Shown: in pieces, positions 36,661 to 49,600 of the stretch
Layout of the letters: each line of letters opens with the position of its first letter
How positions within the stretch are numbered: the first letter of the stretch is position 1
Source: Octopus bimaculoides
Taxonomy: Eukaryota
Assembly (NCBI RefSeq): GCF_001194135.2
Contig: NC_069001.1
Location: forward strand, 18,298,569-18,362,568
DNA length: 64,000 nucleotides
Reading direction: 5' to 3'
Program-made: the position numbers and the translations under genes
Notes under the pieces: model-generated
Told to the model about the DNA's origin: nothing
Database searches by the model: none
The model's input: the letters and a program-made list of their open reading frames with translations, nothing else

Positions 36661-37539
36661 TGAAAATCCACAGTCATATATAGAAAAATTAATAAGTAAA
36701 TGCACGATAAATAAGTATAATAAAATACAAAGTAAAAATCATAAAATAATGATAATAAAACGACTACACGTGTTTCATAACCAAGTTTTCAAATAGAAAA
36801 TAAAATATATTCAAATCGATTAAATCGATCGAAAATCAATTCTATTCAAAAATATAGCTAATCTTCAGGTCAAAATACAACAACAATAATAATAATAAAA
36901 GGAATGTATATATCAACCAACAATAAATAACAAATGAATGTTTATAAAAATACTTATATTAAGATAGAAAAATGTTAAACAATATTATTAAAAAGAAATT
37001 TAATACTAATCTTATCGAAAATTATNNNNNNNNNNNNNNNNNNNNNNNNNNNNNNNNNNNNNNNNNNNNNNNNNNNNNNNNNNNNNNNNNNNNNNNNNNN
37101 NNNNNNNNNNNNNNNNNNNNNNNNNNNNNNNNNNNNNNNNNNNNNNNNNNNNNNNNNNNNNNNNNNNNNNNNNNNNNNNNNNNNNNNNNNNNNNNNNNNN
37201 NNNNNNNNNNNNNNNNNNNNNNNNNNNNNNNNNNNNNNNNNNNNNNNNNNNNNNNNNNNNNNNNNNNNNNNNNNNNNNNNNNNNNNNNNNNNNNNNNNNN
37301 NNNNNNNNNNNNNNNNNNNNNNNNNNNNNNNNNNNNNNNNNNNNNNNNNNNNNNNNNNNNNNNNNNNNNNNNNNNNNNNNNNNNNNNNNNNNNNNNNNNN
37401 NNNNNNNNNNNNNNNNNNNNNNNNNNNNNNNNNNNNNNNNNNNNNNNNNNNNNNNNNNNNNNNNNNNNNNNNNNNNNNNNNNNNNNNNNNNNNNNNNNNN
37501 NNNNNNNNNNNNNNNNNNNNNNNNNNNNNNNNNNNNNAT

Positions 37540-37637
37540 AGTAGAAGACACTTGCTCAAAGTGCCACGCAGTGGGACTGAACCCGGAACCATGTGGTTGG
37601 TAAGCAAGCTACTTACCACACAGCCACTCCTGCGCCT
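37540..37637 (-). mobile_element. SINE family A, tRNA-like head
   Basis: Minus strand aggcgcaggagtggctgtgtggtaagtagc...gggttcagtcccactgcgtggcactttgagcaagtgtcttctact, with A/B-box-like motifs. Confidence 0.85.
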
Positions 37638-37977
37638 TTATTAGAATATAAACTAACGGAAATATTAAATGCAAATCTTATCTTAATGAATCATTCGTTT
37701 AAAATACAATTTAAACGAAGTTTTAGGTGAAACTAAAATTATAAACGTAAAATAAATAACTTTACTTTTAATATAAACTAACAAAAAATTAATTTATATA
37801 AAAATAATATCACCATTAAATAAAAGAAAAAATATTTAACAAAATTATTGAAAAGAAATACAAAATTTATCTAATCGAATCTTTAGTTTATATAAAATTT
37901 TAGATGTTGTACTATTAACTTAGCCTTAATTAGAATATTAACTAATAATCAAAGAAATTATATAAAAAAAATACTTA

Positions 37978-38900
37978 TCATCATCATCATCATCGTTTAA
38001 CGTCTGCTTTCCATGCTAGCATGGGTTGGACGATTTGACTGAGGACTGGTGAAACCAGATGGCTACACCAAGCTCCAATCTGATTTGGCAGAGTTTCTAC
38101 AGCTGGATGCCCTTCCTAATGCCAACCACTCTGAGAATGTAGTGGGTGCTTTTACGTGCCACCGGCACGATGTCCAGTCAGGCGGTACTGGCAACGGCCA
38201 CGCTCAAAATGGTATATTTTATGTGCCACCCGCACAAGAGCCAGTTCAGGGGCACTGGCAACGATCTCAATTGAAAGTCCTTACACATGCCACAGGCACA
38301 AGTGCCAGAAAGGCGACGCTGGGCACAGGTGCCATCACAATTTCGCTTTCACTTGCCCCAACAGGTCTTCGGAAGCAGAGTTTCGTGTCCAATGAAGGAG
38401 ACGACGTTGGCATGGGTGCCAGTCGTCGAATTTAGTTCAATTTTGATTTCACTTGCCTCAATATGTCTTCGCAAACGGAGTTTAGTGTCCAATGAAGGAA
38501 AGGATGGCATAAGTGGGCTGGCTACACCCCTGGCAGAGGCCTTGGATTTAGGTCTCACTTGGCTTGCAGGGTCTTCTGACGCACAGCATATTTCCAAAGG
38601 TCTCAGTCAGAAGTCATCGCCTCAGTGAGGCCCAATGTTTGATGGTCTTGCCTCACCACCTCATCCCAGGTCTTCCTGGGCCTACCTCTTCCACAGGTTC
38701 CCTCAACTACTAGGGTGTGACACTTTTTCACACAGCTATCCTCGTCCATTCTCACCACATTACCATACCAGCGCAATCGCCTCTCTTGCACACCACAACT
38801 GATGCTTCTTAGGTTCAACTTTTCTAGTATGCACACTGACATTACACATCCATTGGAGCATATTGGCTTCATTCCTTGCGAGCCTACGCATGTCTTCATT
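37978..38900 (-). mobile_element. RTE LINE 3' end (RT C-terminus and modular 3' UTR)
   Basis: ORF 38603-38899 GVQERRLRWYGNVVRMDEDSCVKKCHTLVVEGTCGRGRPRKTWDEVV; (cat)n tail. Confidence 0.92.
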
Positions 38901-39516
38901 ATTTATCCCATAAATCAAAAAGAAATATCAACAATATTATTGGAAAAGATGCAACACTAAACTAATCGAAGTTTTGGTTTAAACTAAAATGATAAACTTT
39001 ATACTATTAACTTAGTGTTGAATAAGGTATCGGTTAACATTAAATATCAATTGAATTAATATAAAAATACATATTTTTCCAATCAATGATAGAAAATCAT
39101 TTAGCAATATTAATGAAGATAAAAGCAATACTTATCTCAACGATGCTATTGTTTAAACTAAAAATTTTAAACGTTAAACTAATAAATAAGCGTTTATTAG
39201 AAAGAAGTCACGTGAAGATATTGCATAAAGAAAAAGAATAGAATAAAGAGATATAAAAACATGAATGAAAGTTTTATTTATAAAATCATGAATGAAAATT
39301 AAAATTTATATAATTTAAATCATAATAAAACAATTAACTATATTGTAAACGTATGATGGAACGTTAAAATCTAAGTAATTATAGAGTCTAAAGAATAAAA
39401 CTAAGAAACATAACTTAAATAATATATATGAAATAAGCTAAAATACTACAATTAAATTAATTAATTAATTAAAATATGTATATTATTAATTTTATAAAAA
39501 TCATAGTGTCATTAAA

Positions 39517-39555
<39 letters not shown>

Positions 39556-40447
39556 ATAAAACGTACACACACACACACACACTAAGTTCCAAGGAATACA
39601 ATGTGGATGAAGTATTTCAGTGTTGTTTCTCTGGAAGCACTCCCCAGTCTTCTTCAGAACGGTGTAGTTCAGATGTTGTTAGTTTAAATGACAGAAATGA
39701 CATTACAAATAAGAATTAACAAGAACCAACGAATGGAAGAGACATTTCTGATGAATATGAAATTATTTAAGGTCTACCAATAGCAGATGTACCTGTATAC
39801 ACTGATATACATTCACACAAGAAATACACATATATTTTTATAACCTGAAGAATGGCACAAAGCAATACACCATGCATAAGGAGAGACCAAGTGAATCCCT
39901 AGCTTCAATAAACTCTATAAGAACCCCTGCATAAATTGGGTTTTCATAACTCAAAAAAGTTACTTCTTCTTTTGCCTGTATTGAACAAGATATCTGAACA
40001 ATATTTCTTCAGTGTGGAGAGGAACATTGATTACATTGAATAACATGACATTTTCTAATAAACCTGGTCAGTGATAGTCTTCCTCAAACACAGGTGGACA
40101 GTCATACATAAATCACATGGAAAAATTCGAGCAAGAGAAATAATATTCTTAAGATTATAAACCTAGAAAATTACAGGACAATTTATTACACTTGGACAAC
40201 TTATTACATCTGGTAAAGTACAGAACAAGAAAATTTTTACTTAAAATATTGCAGCTAAGGATAAAATTTCAAATAAAATATTTAGATTTAGAAAATAATA
40301 GCTTTTATTAAAACTAAAACTTTTATTACAAGTTATTACTTCTATTTGTTATTACTTGTTACTTCTATTAAAAATAAAAAATAAAAAATAACTCAATTAT
40401 GATATTTTTTGCACTTAAACAAAATTTATTTTTTTAATTATTAATTA

Positions 40448-40802
40448 CTGTAAAAACCCATGTAATTTGTGCACCTGTGTAATTTATGCAGGTGATTTTC
40501 AGGATAAAATATTTTTGAAAAAGCTTATACTCATGTAAATTTCAGATCCAAAAGTTTTCAGAATTGCTGATATGGCCAGGGAAAAAAAGGTTTTCAATTT
40601 AGTTGCATTTAGCATAATTTCACTTACTTATGATTAGATTTCATTAAATATAAATAATTTCTGTTTAACAGGTATCACATTAAAAGCTATTAAATTACAA
40701 AGTGTTTGTGTTGTCTTCTATATTAATAAAATCTGTTTTGCTCACTCGGTATACTTTTTATGTTTGTGAAAAAAAGTGTGTAAATTACATGGGTTTTTAC
40801 AG
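40448..40802. mobile_element. 355-bp MITE (Tc1/mariner/pogo superfamily)
   Basis: Perfect 21-bp TIRs ctgtaaaaacccatgtaattt / aaattacatgggtttttacag, TA at both flanks (40446-40447, 40803-40804), non-coding AT-rich interior. Confidence 0.9.
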
Positions 40803-41301
40803 TAATAATTAGAAATTTTCTACAAATATACTTTAGATGGTGCAAATTCTGCTTGTATCTGAATTTGTTGGGAAATCTGAATTTGTTGGGAAGAAAATGT
40901 ATTCGGAGGCATGAGGAGAGGAGATTCAGAAAATTTACACAGGTCAGCTTTGTTACCTCATAACTTTCGGAAAAGTGTTTTTAAATGAAGATTTTGACAA
41001 ATACCCTTCAGAGTGTGTAGATTATGATTATATCAGAATTTAATACACAAGTAAAAACTGGTGGGATAGCACTCATACATAGTGACACTCATCACATTTT
41101 TGTTTCTAAAAATTTATAATTCCAATATAAACCAAATCCACATCATATCTATACTATCTACACCATTAAAAATATCCATGTTTCTGAAAGTTATGGGAAA
41201 GGAAATTTGTTTGGGCACATATTTGTAGGTATACTCCAGCTAACCCAGGCCCATTACTATATACTGCTGCACGTGCGTTACAGGAAGTAAACATGCATTA
41301 T

Positions 41302-41479
41302 TGTAGGATATATATACATACATACATACATATACAAGAATAAAATCCAGGGATCCTAGTGTAGGCAGTTTGTAAGCTTTAATCAGTTCACGGCAGGTAA
41401 AGAGAACAAAAAGTGGACAAGGTATGATAAAGAAAAATAACAATTTATTGACATCGAATTTTACACATTCTTTCCTACA
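41302..41479 (-). mobile_element. Possible solo LTR (178 bp)
   Basis: TGTAGGA...TCCTACA inverted termini and an AATAAA on the minus strand. No matching TSD. Confidence 0.4.
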
Positions 41480-41481
41480 TT

Positions 41482-42030
41482 GAACTTATGAGAAAATTCA
41501 ATAAGCTGATAGTTTCTTTATAGCCCACAATTGGTAGTTTCTTTATAACCCACAGCTGATAATTTCTTTACAGCCCACAGACCAATTAGAGTTGCTATGG
41601 ATGCAAATAAAAATCCAAATTGAGCAAGCTGATCCTGTGATGTAATAGTTACTCATTGAGGGATGCTCAACTTAGCTAATCATCAGGTCAAGGTTAGCTT
41701 AATGAAATGAAAGTTACATTGTCACTTAGAATTCCCATGTCAACTCACTGCAGATGTGAATTGAAATGAAATGACATTGAAGGTTACACACTTTTTCCCA
41801 AGTTGAAGTTATGGGGAAATTCAATAAGCAGATAAATTCTTTATAGTTGATGGTTAGCAACTAGAGTTGCTACAAATCCAAATAAAAATACAAATTGTGA
41901 GAGTGGAATGGGTAAAATATACACTACATATGTTTCTTAGCTAGCTCAAGCTCGTGATGCAATTGTTATGCAATGAGTTGTACTTAATGTTGCTAATCAT
42001 CAGGCTGAGATTACATTAATTTTATGTTGT
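41482..42030. repeat. Diverged tandem duplication, period about 320 bp
   Basis: Units start gaacttatgagaaaattcaataagctgat (41482) and gaagttatggggaaattcaataagcagat (41803). Shared tagagttgcta, aaataaaaat.caaattg and gctaatcatcagg. Confidence 0.7.
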
Positions 42031-42134
42031 TGGCTGGAGTTTCTAAGTCAGCCACAACACAATGGTGAGCTCGGCTGAATAGAAAAACTCGTTGTAAAAA
42101 ATAAAAAATAAAAAAAACCCAAAACACAAAAACC

Positions 42135-43462
42135 AAGAATCAATGAGCAATACAGCAAAGGGTGAGACCCAAAATAAGCAAGAGTGGGTGTGGTTTAGAG
42201 TTGAGAAGTTGGAAGAAAAGGAGAAAGAAAGAAGAAAAAGGTAAAGAATTGATATCGTTATGGGAAAAGTATTGTGGTCATAAACATCTCTTCAAGAGAG
42301 GTGACAGCAGATTTTGCTGGCTGCTAGAATGCTGTCATCCAAATTTATATGGTTAAATTGGTGGCCATAGTTGGAGGAGTGCTGAGAAGGCTTGTCATGG
42401 TAGTAAAGTTTAGGGAAATAAAGGAAGGGTTTACCTAGAGAAAAAAAAACCTTCAATTTTATCTATATGGATGAACATATCCACATTGCCAGGTCCAGGG
42501 GATAGGGGTCACTCCACATAAAGATATACCTAATCGAGTTCTTATAACCAGCTTGATGTAGGGCACTATTATAATATTCGGCATATAGCTCGAGTATTTA
42601 TTTCTTGGCAGATAGAGATGAACTATAGGATATGCTGTCAACAATTGATTTAAGGACAGAGGTGGGGTGATTAGTTAAAAAGCTTATATAATTTAGGTTC
42701 TCACCTGGTTTGTGGTAGTCGTTTTATAGATCTAAGGCAACAGTGAAGAAGTCGGCAGTTTTAAGATTGGAGCTAAGGCCCATGTTCTTAAAGAAGGATA
42801 TGATTCTTTTTCAATGGTGTTCGACTCTCAGTTACTATACCACTGGACTGCAAACAGAGTGTCATCCCTATATAGACCACTAGAAATATTGGGAAAGTGA
42901 TCCTGGAAACAGTGGAGATCAGTGACCTGGGCTGAGGCTTATATCAGAGGGGCAAATGAGGTGGACAGAAGGGTTTGCAACAAACTTTTCATTTCAAATT
43001 TATTTGAGGTGGTTTGAGCTTGAAACGTTCAGTTCTATCTTCCAGACTGAGGTTAAAAGTCATTAATTTTCATGGGGTGAGGGTTGAGTGTACTGTTCCT
43101 GCGTGTAAACCCTATATTTTTTCAAACTAATGAAATTCTTTTTGAAGTTATCCAGATTACTGTTAAGAGGAGGGTTTTTTGTGAGATCTAAATTCATTGA
43201 AGAAGGCTTGATAATTCTGGTTTTTAGGATTAGTAAGAGAGTTGTTAATAAAGAAGAAGGCCTTCCACATCATACAACAAATCAGTTCATTGATACTGTG
43301 AACCATAAAACTCATGTATTCAGTTTTATTTGTTAATGGGATATCCTTGAGCAACAGGTTCAGAAAAGGAGAAAGAGTTTCTTCCCACTCCTCAGCTCTA
43401 AACCATAACTACTCTTGCTTATGTTGGGTCTCACCCTTTGCTATATCACTCATTGGTTCTCA
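42135..43462 (-). mobile_element. Penelope-like RT fragment bracketed by an inverted repeat of about 85 bp
   Basis: FPNISSGLYRDD, DFFTVALDL, SNHPTSVLKSI and YNSALHQAGYKN on the minus strand. 42135-42220 is inverted relative to 43380-43462. Confidence 0.82.
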
Positions 43463-43499
43463 AAACTTACTTCTTGATTAAAAAAAAAATTGTTTTAAT

Positions 43500-44001
43500 T
43501 TTTCACTATAAGCCCTTCTATTCAATTGAACAGCCTGGAGGTATAATAAAAAACACTTGCTCAGTGTGCTATGCAGCAGGACTGAACTTAGGACCATGTA
43601 GTTAGGAAGTAAACTACTTAACACATGACCATGCCTGTAGTTATAGACACACACAGAAACACATTCTTTCATTTGTTTCAGTCATTTGATTGTGGCCATG
43701 CTGGAGCACCACCTTTAGTTAAACAAATCGACCCCATGACTTATTCTTTGTAAGCCAAGTACTTATTCTATCAATCTTTTTTGCTGAACTGCTAAGTTAC
43801 AGGGACGTAAACACACCAACACAAACACACACACACACACACACATATATATACACGACAGGCTTCTTTCAGTTTCCGTCTATCAAATCCACTCACAAGG
43901 TTTTGGTTGGCCCAAGGCTATAGTAGAAGATACTTGCTCAAGGTGGGACTGAACCTGGAACTATGTGGTTGGTAAGCAAGCTACTTACCACAGCCACTCC
44001 T
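43500..44001 (-). mobile_element. Cluster of family A SINE segments
   Basis: Two tRNA-like heads (about 43540-43640 and 43920-44001) and tail segments matching 34905-35180. Confidence 0.8.
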
Positions 44002-44206
44002 NNNNNNNNNNAAAATGACTCAATAGCACACCCACATACACACATACATGCATATACATACACATACACATACACACATGTATTGAAGTTTGATTCTACA
44101 CATGTGTGTGCATTTGTCTGACATGACTTCAGCTCATCAGAAATGTTTTTTATTTCCAGTGAAATTCTGCTAAATATAAGATAAACAAAGAGGCAGGGAG
44201 AGAGTG

Positions 44207-44246
<40 letters not shown>

Positions 44247-44789
44247 AAAGAGGGAAAGGAAAAGAGAAAAGTGAAGCATAAAATTAAGTGGAATATTAGA
44301 GATTGATGGTAACAGAAGTAGATGATGAGGATGGTGATGATGATGATTGTCATAGAAAAAGATAAGAAGGCAGGATAAAAGTAATTAAAAGCAGTGAAAG
44401 CAAAAAGTATAAAAAAATAGAAAGGCAAAAAGAAGGAAATAATGAAAGGAAAAAAAAAAGAAAGGAAAGAATGAATGAATGTGGGCAAGAAAGCAAGGAA
44501 GGATTTCCAATAGAATTCTTAATTCAATATATCCTTCACATGGTGGCAGATATCGCATCGCATCATGTCATATTGTTGTGGTGGTGTACTGTTACAGTAG
44601 TAATATAAATAAAGGTCATGTTTGTTGTTGTTGTTGATGGTGGTGGTGGTGTGTGTATTGTGTGTTGTTTGTGTATGCGTTGCCTATTCCCTTGTGTAAT
44701 GTGTCACGTATATGCCTGCTTGTGCATGAAACTGGTTATAGAGTTACATGCAACTAATTTCACTCTATCACCAACAATGCAACTGGTTA

Positions 44790-45003
44790 TACTATACTAC
44801 CTGTATGACATCACTGCCAACTTGCTACTACCTATGCAACACCACAGGTTACTTGTTACTACCTGTGCAACACCACTGGCTACTTGCTACTACCTATGCA
44901 AAACTACTGACTACTTACTACTACATATGCAGCACCACTGGCTACTTGCTACTACATATGCAACACCACTGACTACTTGCTACTACCTAGGCAACACCAC
45001 TCA
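44790..45003. repeat. 31-bp minisatellite, about 7 diverged copies
   Basis: Unit ctacttgctactacctatgcaacaccactgg. Confidence 0.88.
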
Positions 45004-45129
45004 CTGTTAATTCAAAACATGTTATACTCAATGGTGGCAAAAATGATATTTTATATAAATTTTTTTTCATCTGTGATAAAAGTACATGTGATCTGAGAGT
45101 ATAATAAACAATTATTATTAATAACTACA

Positions 45130-45350
45130 TTAAAGCAGTGAGCTACCAGAATCGTTATCACACCAGGCAAAATGCTTAGAGGCATTTCATCCATATTCAC
45201 ATTCTGAGTTCAAATTTTGCTGAGGTCGACTTTACTTTTCATCCTTTAGGGGGCAATAAATTAAGTACAAGTGAAACACTGGGGCTGATGTAATCGACTA
45301 GTCCCCTCCCACCAAAATTCAGGACTTGTGCCTTTAGTAGAAAGGACTAT
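45130..45350 (+). mobile_element. SINE family B
   Basis: aggcagtgagct.ccagaatcgtta...ttctgagttcaaat...gaggtcgacttt.c.tttcatcc...gtaatcgactagtcccctccc. Confidence 0.85.
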
Positions 45351-46699
45351 TAATAACTACATTATTATTAGCAATTACCTTTTGGATGCAGAGATAGTTT
45401 TCATGTGCACATTAATTTCTTTTGTGCATGCTGGCAAAATGAGTCATTTCAAATGAGAAGAGCAAACAAGAAACCTTTATTGAATGATTGAGGTCTGTGG
45501 CTAAGCCTTACACATAGTTTGTCTTCAAAAAGGAATATACCAGCTCTCAACAAGGCTCAGCCTGCATAGATATAGCAGCCAAATCTCCCTCAGATTACAT
45601 TTTATTGCATCTTAAAAAAGGAATGACACTACAAAGAAAAAAAAAAAAGGTCAGATAGCTGCTTTAGACCAAAAATATATATTGTGGCTATTCCCACCTC
45701 GTACTAACAGTATCTCAGCCAGATTATGTCTCTGGCCACCAAATGAAAGCTGACCTTTGAAAAATGATTTAATTGGTGAATATCATGCTTGGTGTTTCTG
45801 TGACCTCAATCAATCCTTTTAATTCATCAAAAGCTCACATATAATCAGAAACCAGTAGCAGTGGCATAGTGAAACATGAATGAACTCTACTACATCATTT
45901 GAGCAATCATTTAATTGTATTTCCACTCATACATATATACATGTACATACATATATACACACATATAGATGCATATAGGTATACACTTATTAGTTTAAAT
46001 ACCTGATGAGAAAAAAAGGGGGAAGGATTTCGTTATATTGCTCTAATTTAATTCTATGTTCTAAGTATCAAACTAAGTTTAGTGACTCTGTTTTATTTCG
46101 TGCATTCACCTCGTGTCCTTTTAAAGTGAACTTTTGGACTGCCTTCTAATTTGCATGCTGGTTTGTTTCGTAAGTGGCGTGATACTTTTTGCACATGGAT
46201 CTTTAGGTTCTGCTTTAATCAGAGTGTATTTTTGAGTATACATTGCTCACATATTCACTCCATTATTTGAGTAGCATTCGAGTAATGTAATAATTCTGTA
46301 GTAAAAAAAAAACAAATTTTTTAGTTTGGGGCTTAAACTTTTCATTAGAAAGTCAAAATCAATGCAATATATTGAAAAAGAAGAAAACAGGAGTATTGGA
46401 GAAATATGTTTTATCTGTGACAGGTTATATTAGAAAAGGTTAGCAGTTAGAATGATCAAGGGTGAGAAGGAAGAGAGGTTTCATATAATACGAGAGCACC
46501 AAGTGATGTAATTGTAAGCAAGTGTGTGTTGTTCTTCAACTGTTGGTCAACACAGTGTGAGACTAATATGGATGAATGTAATTTCACAGTGTGTGTGTGT
46601 GTGTAGTGTAAATATGTAACTGTACATATTTGTGTGTATATATCTGCTTTTGGTTTGTGTATGTGATGGCATTTAGCTTGCATGTATTAGTGGAGTTGA

Positions 46700-46960
46700 G
46701 TTCGTTTATATGGCCAGGCTCCAACCCAGGCTGCAGTAACAAAGTATACCCCTTTCCTCACACTTCTCACTCCATTATCACTACCTTGATGTCCTGGATA
46801 CATTCCAGGCCAGTGTCTGCAATCAAGTTGTCAATGTAAGTGTGATGTTTTCCTCTTCTTACATTGCCATTAAGTGGATTCTACAGGACTAATTTGTGCT
46901 TCCAATTCATGGTGGCACATGCAGTGACCAAATAGTTACACCCGTCTTTGCCTGATCTTA
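46700..46960 (-). mobile_element. RTE-type RT C-terminal fragment (different family)
   Basis: NGNVRRGKHHTYIDNLIADTGL resembles the HG.RRRGRP..TYID.L..DTGL terminal motif. Confidence 0.6.
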
Positions 46961-47384
46961 AGTAAAACATGCATATTGTTCTGATGAAGTGGGAAGGTGT
47001 TTCAGCAGTTGTGTGGGGTATGTGTGTATATATGTGTGCAAATTAAAAATAACATTGTTAAATATAAATTTAAGGTCATTCATAAATATTTTAACATTGA
47101 TAATAGATATAATGAAACTATAAACCACAAAACCATCAGGATTGGTTTTAGCCTAACTCCTAATTTATTTACAATTATATCATCAATCAACAACAGAAAA
47201 TTAAATAAATTCTACACCAATAGACAATAATTCTACTAATTCTCCTAAACTTAAACTATATCTCCCAAATTCCACCAACTCTAATAACAATGGCCACATA
47301 ATTCCCAATGATGGAATTGTTATAACCTTTATTAACTCCATTAATAACAATTCTTCTTATAAATGCACACATAATAACATTTAT

Positions 47385-47790
47385 GAAAAGTGTGATTGTG
47401 AAGTTAAAACTAATTGCAAGTTTAAGAATTCATGTAAGAGAAGAAATGTAGTCTATCAATGCACAGTTGTAACACTGGGTAAAAAACATTTCTATATAGG
47501 CTCTACTGAAAATAAAGTTAAGACTCGCATGGCTAACCATCTCCAATCTTTTAAAAATAAACAGAAAATCAACTCCACTAGATTAAGCAAATTTATATGG
47601 GAATTAAAAGATAATAACATTGAATTTGAAATTAAATGTGATATCATTGCTTCTGCAATGGCTTATAAAATTAATAACAAGAAATGTAATCTATGCATCA
47701 TGGAAGCTTTCCATATGTTTACTTCTAGGAATGCCCTACTTAATTTATGAAAAGAGAAAAATATTTCTTGTATTTATGTGGGAAAATATG
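47385..47790 (+). mobile_element. Penelope-like GIY-YIG endonuclease fragment
   Basis: CDCEVKTNC...NVVYQCTV...FYIGSTEN...STRLSKFIWELKDN...CNLCIMEA. Confidence 0.9.
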
Positions 47791-47877
47791 TCTTCTCTAA
47801 ATTTAAGTAATTAATTAATATGATTAAATTATCAAATAATATAAATATACTATATAATATAAAAAATAATAAATGTG

Positions 47878-48122
47878 CCCTTTTAAAGCCTAGCCAGGCT
47901 CATGGGCCCGGTTTCCTGGTTTCAATGGCGTATGTGTTCTCCAGCTGGACGGGACACCAGTCCATCGCAGTGTTACTCATTTTTGCCAGCTGAGTGGACT
48001 GGAGCAACGTGAAATGAAGTGTTTTGCTGAAGAACACAACGCGTTGCCCGGTCTAGGAATCGAAACCACAATCTTACGATCATGATGCTGACACCCTAAC
48101 CACTAAGCCACACGCCTCCACA
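47878..48122 (-). mobile_element. tRNA-derived SINE (family C)
   Basis: Minus strand A box tggcttagtgg, B box ggtttcgattcc, central gcaaaacacttcatttcacgttgctccagtccactcagctgg. Second copy at 62265-62490. Confidence 0.88.
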
Positions 48123-48737
48123 CTATATAATATAGCACAACAATAATATAAAAATATATTATATAACATTAATAACTGTTTGAATTCTTTTTTTTAAATG
48201 CTTTTCACTGAAAAATTTGTATAATCCCTTGAACTCCACTAATATAATTCCCATCCTCCCAAACTTTTACTTAACTATACTACTACTAATAATAATGACT
48301 ATAACCATTATATCTAAAACTTAAATTATTATTGCACCCATTACCTCACATAAATAACCACCTTTAGATATTCTTAGTAACCATTTACTAACATTTGAAC
48401 ATACACACTTGGTAACATTAATAATTGTTTGGCTATTGTTTACCTCCTTGTCTTACATTAATAACCACATTTACACATCCTTAACAACATCTTAATACCC
48501 TTTGAATGCACATGTATATATATAGATATATGATATATGAGTGTGAGTGTGTATAAATATACAAATTTATGTATATATGAATATGTATGTATAGGCATGT
48601 ATATATGTATGTGTGTGTATGTATATGTGTGTACATACATATATGTATACATAAGTGTTTGTGTGTGTATATATATATATATATATATGAATGTGTATGT
48701 GTGTGTATGTACATGTATGTGGACATAAATATATATA

Positions 48738-49600
48738 TCATCACCATCATCATCGTTTAACGTCCGCTTTCCATGCTGGCATGGGTTGGACGGTTTGACT
48801 GGAGACTGGTGAGCCAGATGGCTGCACCAGGCTCCAATCTGATCTGGCAGAGTTTCTACAGCTGGATGCCCTTCCTAACGCTAACCACTCCAAGAGTGTA
48901 GTGGGTGCTTTTACGTGCCACTGGCACGAGGGCCAGTCAGGCGGTACTGGCAATGGTGTTTTTACGTGTCACCTGCACAGGAGCCGGTCCAGCGACGCTG
49001 GTAATGCTCTCGCTTGAATGTTATTTTCCACGTATCACCGGCACAAGTGCCAGTAAGTAACGATCACACTTGAATGGTGTCTTAGTGCTCTACTAGCACG
49101 GATACCAGTCATGTGGTGCTGTCATCGAATTTAATTTCGATTTCACTTGCCTCAACAGGTCTTCGCAAGCAGAGTTTAGTGTCCAATGAAAGAAAGGTAT
49201 GCCGAAGTGGGCTGGTTACACCCTTGTCATAGGCCACGGGTTACGGTCTCACTTGGCTTGCCGGGTCTTCTCGAGCACAGTATATTTCCAAAGGTCTCGG
49301 TCACTAGTCATTGCCTCAGTGAGGCCTAATGTTCGAAGGTCGTGCTTCACCACCTCATCCCAGGTCTTCCTGGGTCTACTTCTTCCACAAGTTCCCTCAA
49401 CCGCTAGAGTGTGACACTTTTTCACACAGCTATCTTCATCCATTCGTACTTCATGACCATACCAGCACAGTCATCTCCCTTGCACACCACATCTGATGCT
49501 TCTTAGGTCTAATTTTTCTCTCAAGGCACTTATACTCTATCAAGTATGCACACTGACATGACACATCCAGCGGAGCATACTGGCTTCGTTCCTTGCAAGC
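48738..49600 (-). mobile_element. RTE LINE 3' end
   Basis: ORF 49249-49443 MDEDSCVKKCHTLAVEGTCGRSRPRKTWDEVVKHDLRTLGL; (cat)n tail. Confidence 0.92.

Noticed and set aside
37540-48122. tRNA genes at SINE heads
   Set aside because: A/B boxes are present, but they run into SINE bodies and no full cloverleaf is evident.
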